From: an uncultured Roseivirgaceae bacterium
GTDB taxonomy: Bacteria; Bacteroidota; Bacteroidia; Cytophagales; Cyclobacteriaceae
DNA: 32,074 bases
NCBI GenBank assembly: GCA_964654735.1
Contig: CAZZML010000001.1
Location: 1-32,074, forward strand
Direction: 5' to 3'
This document shows positions 26,636-32,074 of this stretch, piece by piece; position 1 is the stretch's first letter, and every line of letters begins with the position of its first letter. A program made the translations under genes and the position numbers. The notes beneath the pieces were generated by a model. That model was not told the origin of the DNA. It made no database searches and saw nothing but the letters and a program-made list of their open reading frames with translations.

Positions 26636-28777
26636 ATGAAACAAATCCTCCAATCCTTTAAAACAGGCCAAACTATACTGGAAGAAATTCCTGAACCGAT
26701 GGTATCAGGCAAAAAGGTACTTATCCGAACATCTAAGAGCTTGATTTCTTTAGGTACCGAACGAATGTTGGTAGGTTTTGGAAAGGCAAGTTATTTAGAA
26801 AAAGCACGCCAGCAACCTGATAAGGTAAAAATGGTGCTGGATAAGGTAAAAACAGATGGTTTAATGCTTACCATTGCCTCTGTAAAGAATAAGCTTGACC
26901 AACCAATTCCTTTAGGTTATAGTAATGTTGGTGTGGTTAATGCTATTGGAAATTCTGTAGCTAAATTTAAAATAGGAGATAGGGTGGTATCAAATGGTGC
27001 CCACGCAGAGGTAGTCTCAATTGGTGAAAACCTGATGGCTAAAATTCCGGACAATGTAACCGATGAAGAAGCTACCTTTACTGTAATCGGAGCAATTGCT
27101 TTGCAGGGAATTCGATTGGCCAACCCTACCTTTGGTGAAACCATTGTTGTACAGGGCTTAGGCTTAATTGGTTTAATAGCTTGCCAGTTATTAAAAGCCA
27201 ATGGCTGCAAGGTAATTGGAATTGATCCCGATAAATCGAAATGCGACCTTGCTTCAGGGTTTGGAGTACAATCCATTCACTTAGGAAAAGGCTCTCCTGT
27301 TGAAAAAATACTGACATCAACAAATAATGTAGGTGTAGATGCTGTACTAATTACGGCCTCGGCTTCAACAGATGAAATTGTATCACAAGCAGCTCAAATG
27401 AGCCGAAAACGAGGGCGAATAGTATTAGTAGGTGTAGTTGGTTTAAAGCTAAATAGGGCTGAATTTTATGAAAAAGAGCTGTCATTTCAAGTATCTTGTT
27501 CGTATGGGCCGGGCAGGTATGATAACCGGTATGAGGGGCAAGGAATAGACTACCCTATTGGTTTTGTTCGATGGACAGAACAACGAAATTTTGAAGCTGT
27601 TTTAGAAGCTATGCGCACAGGAACCTTGGATGTTAAGCCATTAATTACTCAGAAAGTGCCTTTTGAGAAAGTAGTAGAGGTGTATGATACCATTGAAGGA
27701 TCATCTTCTATTGCTACTATTATTGAGTATCCTATTTCAAAAGTGGAAAAATGTAATACAATTCGACTAAATAATGCAAAATTTGAGAAATCTGATGGAG
27801 TAATTGGCTTAATTGGAGCAGGTAATTTTGCTAAAATGACCATGTTGCCTGTATTAAAAAAAACAGGAGCACAAATGAAATACATTGCTTCTTCGGGTGG
27901 TGTTTCGGGTACCCATTTAGCTAAAAAATTTGGTATAGCTCATTCAACTACCGATTATTCAACCATTTTAAAAGATAAAGATGTAAAGCTGGTAATCATA
28001 ACAACCCAGCATAATATGCATGCTTCAATGGTTACCAAAGTGCTTAAATCGAAAAAGCATGTGTTTGTAGAAAAACCTTTGGCTATTAATGAAGAGCAAC
28101 TCAATAATATACATAAGGTTATGGGAGATTCAGAAGGACTTACATTAACCGTTGGATTCAATAGAAGATTTTCGCCATCAATTCAGAAAATAAAAAGTTT
28201 GGTGGGAGAAAATCCTGACACTATGAACATTACCGCTACTATGAATGCAGGTGCAATTCCTCAAAATTCGTGGGTGCAGGATATGGAGCGAGGAGGAGGA
28301 AGAATTATTGGCGAAGCCTGTCATTTTATTGACTTGATGGTGTATATAACAGGGAGTAAGGTAGCATCTGTTTGTATGAATGCAATGGGATTAGATGCTA
28401 CATCAAGTACAGATAATGCCAGCATTTTATTAAAATTTGAAAATGGCTCCAATGGAGTAATTAATTATTTCTCTAACGGCAGTAAAAGTTACGCTAAAGA
28501 GCGTGTTGAAGTTTATCAAGAAGGAAAAACGTTAGTGATGGACAATTTCAGAGTGCTCAAAGGTTACGGATATAAAGGATTTAATAAGTTAACAACTAAG
28601 CAAGATAAAGGTCATAATAAGCAGTTTGAACTGCTTATTAAATCTTTAGAAAATGGAGGGCAACCCTTGATTCCTTATAATGAAATTTACAACGTCTCCA
28701 AAGCGAGTATCTTAGCTGTGGAATCTCTTAAAATTGGAGCTTGGGTTAGTTTAACAATGGACAGATTGCTTCCCTAA
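26636..28777 (+). CDS. Bi-domain oxidoreductase: N-terminal MDR/zinc-type alcohol-dehydrogenase-like domain fused to a C-terminal Gfo/Idh/MocA domain
   Basis: N-terminal half: GYSNVGVV, GDRVVSNGAHAE, and Rossmann VQGLGLIGLIACQLLKANGCKVIGID. C-terminal half: IGLIGAGNFAKMTMLPVLKK, VFVEKPLAI (EKP motif), FNRRFSP. The final codons (MDRLLP-stop) lie inside repeat copy 1. Confidence 0.85.
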   Translation: MKQILQSFKTGQTILEEIPEPMVSGKKVLIRTSKSLISLGTERMLVGFGKASYLEKARQQPDKVKMVLDKVKTDGLMLTIASVKNKLDQPIPLGYSNVGVVNAIGNSVAKFKIGDRVVSNGAHAEVVSIGENLMAKIPDNVTDEEATFTVIGAIALQGIRLANPTFGETIVVQGLGLIGLIACQLLKANGCKVIGIDPDKSKCDLASGFGVQSIHLGKGSPVEKILTSTNNVGVDAVLITASASTDEIVSQAAQMSRKRGRIVLVGVVGLKLNRAEFYEKELSFQVSCSYGPGRYDNRYEGQGIDYPIGFVRWTEQRNFEAVLEAMRTGTLDVKPLITQKVPFEKVVEVYDTIEGSSSIATIIEYPISKVEKCNTIRLNNAKFEKSDGVIGLIGAGNFAKMTMLPVLKKTGAQMKYIASSGGVSGTHLAKKFGIAHSTTDYSTILKDKDVKLVIITTQHNMHASMVTKVLKSKKHVFVEKPLAINEEQLNNIHKVMGDSEGLTLTVGFNRRFSPSIQKIKSLVGENPDTMNITATMNAGAIPQNSWVQDMERGGGRIIGEACHFIDLMVYITGSKVASVCMNAMGLDATSSTDNASILLKFENGSNGVINYFSNGSKSYAKERVEVYQEGKTLVMDNFRVLKGYGYKGFNKLTTKQDKGHNKQFELLIKSLENGGQPLIPYNEIYNVSKASILAVESLKIGAWVSLTMDRLLP

Positions 28778-28790
28778 GTTCGCAATAACG
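28751..28790. repeat. Intergenic repeat family, copy 1 (overlaps the last 9 codons and the stop of the oxidoreductase gene)
   Basis: ttaacaatggacAGATTGCTTCCCTAAGTTCGCAATAACG. It matches copy 3 at 33 of 40 positions, aligned by eye. The core contains ATTGC ... GCAAT inverted 5-mers. Confidence 0.8.
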
Positions 28791-28797
28791 TTCCATT

Positions 28798-28836
28798 CCG
28801 CCATCATGAAGCCCCACATCTACCGCCATCACGAGG
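28798..28836. repeat. Pair of 14-nt direct repeats CCGCCATCAYGARG
   Basis: CCGCCATCATGAAG at 28798-28811 and CCGCCATCACGAGG at 28823-28836. They are 12 of 14 identical, and both differences are transitions. Confidence 0.7.
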
Positions 28837-28872
28837 GAAGTATGACCGAAGTGATCTGATCTTAGAAAACTA

Positions 28873-28907
28873 AATGAACAGGTTACTTCGCTGCGCTCGT
28901 AATGACG
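28873..28907. repeat. Intergenic repeat family, copy 2 (most diverged)
   Basis: aatgaacAGGTTACTTCGCTGCGCTCGTAATGACG. The 28-nt core matches copies 1 and 3 at 20 of 28 positions each. The inverted 5-mers change in a compensatory way (GTTAC ... GTAAT). Confidence 0.65.
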
Positions 28908-28947
28908 TTAATAATGGAGAGATTGCCTCACTACGTTCGCAATGACA
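28908..28947. repeat. Intergenic repeat family, copy 3
   Basis: ttaataatggagAGATTGCCTCACTACGTTCGCAATGACA, in the same orientation as copies 1 and 2. Confidence 0.8.
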
Positions 28948-28969
28948 ATAACAGTTCATAACATTTTCA

Positions 28970-30847
28970 ATGCTTAAAAAACTAACCACCTACCTAAAAA
29001 TTACCCAACAAATGGGCATAAGGTATATGGCGTTTCGGGTTTCGTATGAACTAAAAAAGAAAACAGGGTTATTCAAAAAGAAATTTCCCATACGAATTTC
29101 TGATATTTCTGTCCCATCTTTACCAGAATGGCACAAGAATCAAACACCATTTTTTCAATGGAATTTTGATAAATTTCCTGAGTTAGATAGAGATGATATA
29201 ACAAAGCTATCTAAACGAGTTGATAATTTAAAGAAAGGAAAAATAGAACTCTTTGGAGGAAAGACATATTCAACTCCTTTAAATGAATGGCATATAAACC
29301 CATTAACCGGGTATGAGTATAGTAAAATAACGCATTGGAGCAAAATTCCAGAATTTACCAAAGAAGCAGGCGACATAAAATACGTATGGGAAAAAGCAAG
29401 GTTTAGCTGGGTATATAGTTTTATTCGTTATGATAAACACGCAAGTCAGGACTCTTCAAAATTTATTTTCGATTCAATTGAATCATTTATTGACCAAAAC
29501 CCTATTAACCAAGGCCCCAATTACATCTGTAGCCAGGAAATATCTTTACGCATATTAAACTGGGTGTTTGCCTTGTATTATTACAAACATTCAGAAGCAT
29601 TGGATGAAGGCAAGTTTCATAAAATTTTGACTTCCATTAATGCGCAGATAGATCATGTGTATTCAAATATAAATTTTTCACGGATAGCTGTTCGTAATAA
29701 CCATGCCCTAACAGAAACCCTAACGCTATACCTGACAGGCCTTTTATTTCCATTTTTCCCCAATGCTAAAAAATGGAAAACAGAAGGAAAAAAATGGTTT
29801 GAAAAAGAGATAGAGTATCAAATTTATGATGATGGTTCGTACTTGCAATATTCTATGAACTACCACCGGGTAGTAGTGCAACTACTCACCTGGGCTTTTA
29901 CACTAGCTAAAAATAGTGGAGAAGAGTTTAACCCCGTAGTTTACGAAAAAGCAAAGAAAAGTGTAACCTTCTTAGAAGGGTGCCAAGATACTGTTTCCGG
30001 ACAGTTGCCTCATTATGGATCCAATGATGGAGCCTTGTTTTTTCCATTAAATAATTTAGAATATCGCAATTACACTCCTCAATTAAATGCGTTAAAGTCG
30101 AGCTTAAATATTCCTGTATCTGCTAAAAACGATTTGTTTGAAGATTGTTTTTGGTACGGGCTTATTACTGAAATTGCTAAAGATGAAATTGCTGATAAAA
30201 GTACCTCTTTCCAATTTAAAGTGGGTGGGTACTATGTATGGAAAGAGCCGGATTCTCTCACTTTTTTGAGGTGTGGTTCACACAAAAACCGGCCTTCTCA
30301 AGCGGATAATTTACACCTCGATTTATGGGTAAATGGCCTAAACATTTTACGAGATAGTGGAACTTACCTCTATAATGGTTCTACAGATGAAGTGGCTTAT
30401 TATAATAGTACCAGAGCACATAATACTGTTCAGGTAGGTGACGAAGACCAAATGAGGAGAGGAGATAGGTTTATTTGGTTTAATTGGTCAAAAGCAGTTA
30501 AAGTAGTAATAGAAGAAACTGATGATTTTTGGCAATTTAAAGGAACTATTTTGGCATTTGATAATTTAGAATTGTTGCGCAGTGTAAAGAAATATAAAAA
30601 CCAGATGGTTTGGGAGATAGAAGATGAGATTCACAATAAACCCAAGGATAAACTAATGCATCAACATTGGCATCCTAATGCTACTAATATGTTCATTACT
30701 TGTAAAAATGAGATAGGCAGTAAAATCAAAGCAATTGAGACACATGGATGGCTTGCACCTAATTATGGCAAGTCAATTACTTCACCCATACTAACATTTA
30801 CTACTCAAGGGAGTTTTTTATCTACACGAATAGAAGTTACCGGCTAG
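28970..30847 (+). CDS. Heparinase II/III-like family protein (alginate-lyase-like alpha-toroid plus heparinase II/III beta-sandwich), no signal peptide
   Basis: NHALTETLTLYLTG in the central region. C-terminal SHKNRPSQADNLHLDLWVNG and RAHNTVQV resemble the heparinase II/III domain signature. The N-terminus MLKKLTTYLKITQQMGIRYMAFRVSYELKKK is neither a signal peptide nor a lipobox. Confidence 0.8.
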   Translation: MLKKLTTYLKITQQMGIRYMAFRVSYELKKKTGLFKKKFPIRISDISVPSLPEWHKNQTPFFQWNFDKFPELDRDDITKLSKRVDNLKKGKIELFGGKTYSTPLNEWHINPLTGYEYSKITHWSKIPEFTKEAGDIKYVWEKARFSWVYSFIRYDKHASQDSSKFIFDSIESFIDQNPINQGPNYICSQEISLRILNWVFALYYYKHSEALDEGKFHKILTSINAQIDHVYSNINFSRIAVRNNHALTETLTLYLTGLLFPFFPNAKKWKTEGKKWFEKEIEYQIYDDGSYLQYSMNYHRVVVQLLTWAFTLAKNSGEEFNPVVYEKAKKSVTFLEGCQDTVSGQLPHYGSNDGALFFPLNNLEYRNYTPQLNALKSSLNIPVSAKNDLFEDCFWYGLITEIAKDEIADKSTSFQFKVGGYYVWKEPDSLTFLRCGSHKNRPSQADNLHLDLWVNGLNILRDSGTYLYNGSTDEVAYYNSTRAHNTVQVGDEDQMRRGDRFIWFNWSKAVKVVIEETDDFWQFKGTILAFDNLELLRSVKKYKNQMVWEIEDEIHNKPKDKLMHQHWHPNATNMFITCKNEIGSKIKAIETHGWLAPNYGKSITSPILTFTTQGSFLSTRIEVTG

Positions 30848-32074
30848 TGCGGATTTTACTTATTCATCAGTATTTTTTAGAAAAGGACGACCCGGGAGGC
30901 TCACGTTTTAATGAGATGGCTCAATTGTGGACAGGGCAAGGGCATGAAATAGTAGTGATTTGTGGGATGCTCAACTATGTAACCGGTAAAATACCCAAAA
31001 AGTACAAAGGCAAACGCTTTGATGTGAGTTATTATAATGCAAAGTTAAAAGTGCACAGAGCTTATGTAAGTAGTGGGTATAATAGTAGTTTTTTTGGCCG
31101 GCTTTGGGCATATTTTTCGTTTGTATGGTTTGGAACATGTGCTGGCCTCAAGGAAAGGAAAAATTTTGATATTATTTTAGCTACATCTCCTCCACTTTTT
31201 ATTGGGATAATTGCTATGGTTTTATCTCAGATAAAAAGAATAAAGTTTGTGTTTGAAGTGCGAGATTTATGGCCTGAGTCCGCTATTGAAACAGGAGTAG
31301 TAACTAATAAGCTAATTATTAAATTGAGTTATTGGCTTGAGAAAAAAATATATAAAAAAGCATTTTTAATTAATGTATTAACTCCAGCGTTCAAATCAGT
31401 TTTAGTATCTAAAAAAAATATACCAAATAGTAAACTATTTATGATTCCCAATGCTTCAGATTTTAATGGTTCTGAAAAAGCTTTAAGATCAAAAAAATAC
31501 TTGAAAATTAAAAACGAGTTGAATCTACATAATTGCCTTTCGGTAATCTATATTGGAGCTCATGGGGTTGCCAATCATTTAGATCAGGTATTAGATGCTG
31601 CAATACTACTTAAAAATGAAGGGGTGCGATTTATTTTAGTTGGAGATGGAATGGATAAAAATAGGTTAGTAAAACGTGTTGAAAAAGAGCAAATTGCAAA
31701 TATTGAATTTGTGGATCCTGTTCCCAAAGAAGAGGTTTACAATTATATACTAGCTTCTGATATAGGAATTTCTGTTCTTAAAAATGTGACTACATTTAAA
31801 ACCGTTTATTCCAACAAAACATTTGATTATATGGCTTGTAAAAAGCCCGTAATTATGGCTATTGATGGAGTTTCTAAAGAACTTATTCAAACGGCCAATT
31901 CCGGGTTATTTGCAGAACCTGAAAATGCAGATGCCATTGCTAATCAAATTTTAGTCTATAAAAACGACAAAGAATTGTTATATAAACATGGCCATAATGG
32001 CTATGTTTATGCCAAGTCTCATTTCGACAGAGTAAAGTTGAGTAAAGAATATATGAAAGAGATAAATGAAAAAT
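30847..32074 (+). CDS. WbuB-like glycosyltransferase family 4, partial (3-prime end runs off the window; not in the supplied ORF track)
   Basis: I translated this frame by hand from GTG 30847, which shares one base with the upstream TAG. It is open for 409 codons to the window end. The translation reads VRILLIHQYFLEKDDPGGSRFNEMAQLWTGQGHEIVVICG ... TSPPLFIGIIAMVLSQIKRIKFVFEVRDLWPESAIETG ... GAHGVANHLDQVLDAA ... FILVGDGMDK ... NKTFDYMACKKPVIMAIDG. This is the typical WbuB-type GT4 pattern. Confidence 0.8.
   Translation, partial: MRILLIHQYFLEKDDPGGSRFNEMAQLWTGQGHEIVVICGMLNYVTGKIPKKYKGKRFDVSYYNAKLKVHRAYVSSGYNSSFFGRLWAYFSFVWFGTCAGLKERKNFDIILATSPPLFIGIIAMVLSQIKRIKFVFEVRDLWPESAIETGVVTNKLIIKLSYWLEKKIYKKAFLINVLTPAFKSVLVSKKNIPNSKLFMIPNASDFNGSEKALRSKKYLKIKNELNLHNCLSVIYIGAHGVANHLDQVLDAAILLKNEGVRFILVGDGMDKNRLVKRVEKEQIANIEFVDPVPKEEVYNYILASDIGISVLKNVTTFKTVYSNKTFDYMACKKPVIMAIDGVSKELIQTANSGLFAEPENADAIANQILVYKNDKELLYKHGHNGYVYAKSHFDRVKLSKEYMKEINEK

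Noticed and set aside
25221-28161. Minus-strand ORFs 25221..25481, 26917..27276, 27126..27323, 27649..27885 and 27955..28161
   Set aside because: They are embedded antisense in the acetyltransferase and bi-domain oxidoreductase genes, both of which have clear hexapeptide or Rossmann/EKP motifs.
28806-28859. A 17-codon mini-ORF (MKPHIYRHHEGSMTEVI) inside the repeat island
   Set aside because: I see no ribosome-binding context. It is formed by the CCGCCATCAYGARG repeats themselves and is more parsimoniously a by-product of repeat sequence. It remains untested.
28751-28947. The repeat island as a CRISPR array
   Set aside because: There are only three degenerate copies (20-23 of 28 core identity) with unequal spacing of about 89 and 12 nt between cores, and no cas genes in the window.
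28970-30847. The heparinase II/III-like gene as part of a polysaccharide utilisation locus
   Set aside because: There are no SusC/SusD-like genes, no signal peptide or lipobox, and the gene is translationally fused into a biosynthetic operon.
1-32074. Mobile elements, tRNA/rRNA genes, toxin-antitoxin or phage-defence systems
   Set aside because: I found no integrase, transposase or recombinase-like translation, no terminal inverted repeats flanking a block, and no tRNA-like cloverleaf. Every long ORF has a plausible glycan-biosynthesis or housekeeping assignment. A novel defence system hidden among the unassigned ORFs (16639..17352, 19020..20222, 21743..23095) cannot be excluded, but context argues against it.

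Overview
AT-rich chromosomal segment that looks like Bacteroidota. The cues are a UpxY-type NusG paralog, a Bacteroides-style -33/-7 promoter motif, a lipoprotein-type Wza and a Wzc with a (GY)n tail. Two minus-strand genes sit at the left edge: a small membrane protein and a secreted penicillin/AHL-acylase-family Ntn hydrolase. From 2959 to the window end, about 29 kb, every supported gene is on the + strand. The genes are tightly packed, with many 1-13 nt overlaps, and form one capsule/EPS/O-antigen-type polysaccharide locus. In order it contains: a UpxY antiterminator, a 213-nt leader, Wza and Wzc. Next comes a WbpE/WbpD/WbpB-like trio for a 2,3-diamino-uronic acid. Then an SDR epimerase/dehydratase, a second DegT aminotransferase, an AsnB-like amidotransferase and an acetyltransferase. 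Then a WbuX/WbpG-type N-acetyl-sugar amidotransferase with dedicated HisH/HisF paralogs. Then a deacetylase-like protein, a sulfotransferase and a WbqC-family protein. Then a divergent GT-B-like protein, the Wzx flippase, a Wzy candidate, a methyltransferase, two GT4 glycosyltransferases and another acetyltransferase. The locus ends with a bi-domain oxidoreductase, a leaderless heparinase II/III-like protein and a WbuB-like GT4 that is truncated by the window end and absent from the ORF track. I saw no RNA genes, CRISPR arrays, transposases, integrases or recognisable defence genes. The points most worth follow-up are these: (1) the overlapping deacetylase-like/sulfotransferase/WbqC block; (2) the cytoplasmic heparinase-like protein embedded in a biosynthetic operon; (3) a GC-rich intergenic island of degenerate repeats at 28.75-28.95 kb, which also supplies the last codons and stop of the upstream gene; (4) the structured UpxY-to-wza leader. 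All family calls come from motifs read by eye in the supplied translations. No searches were run.
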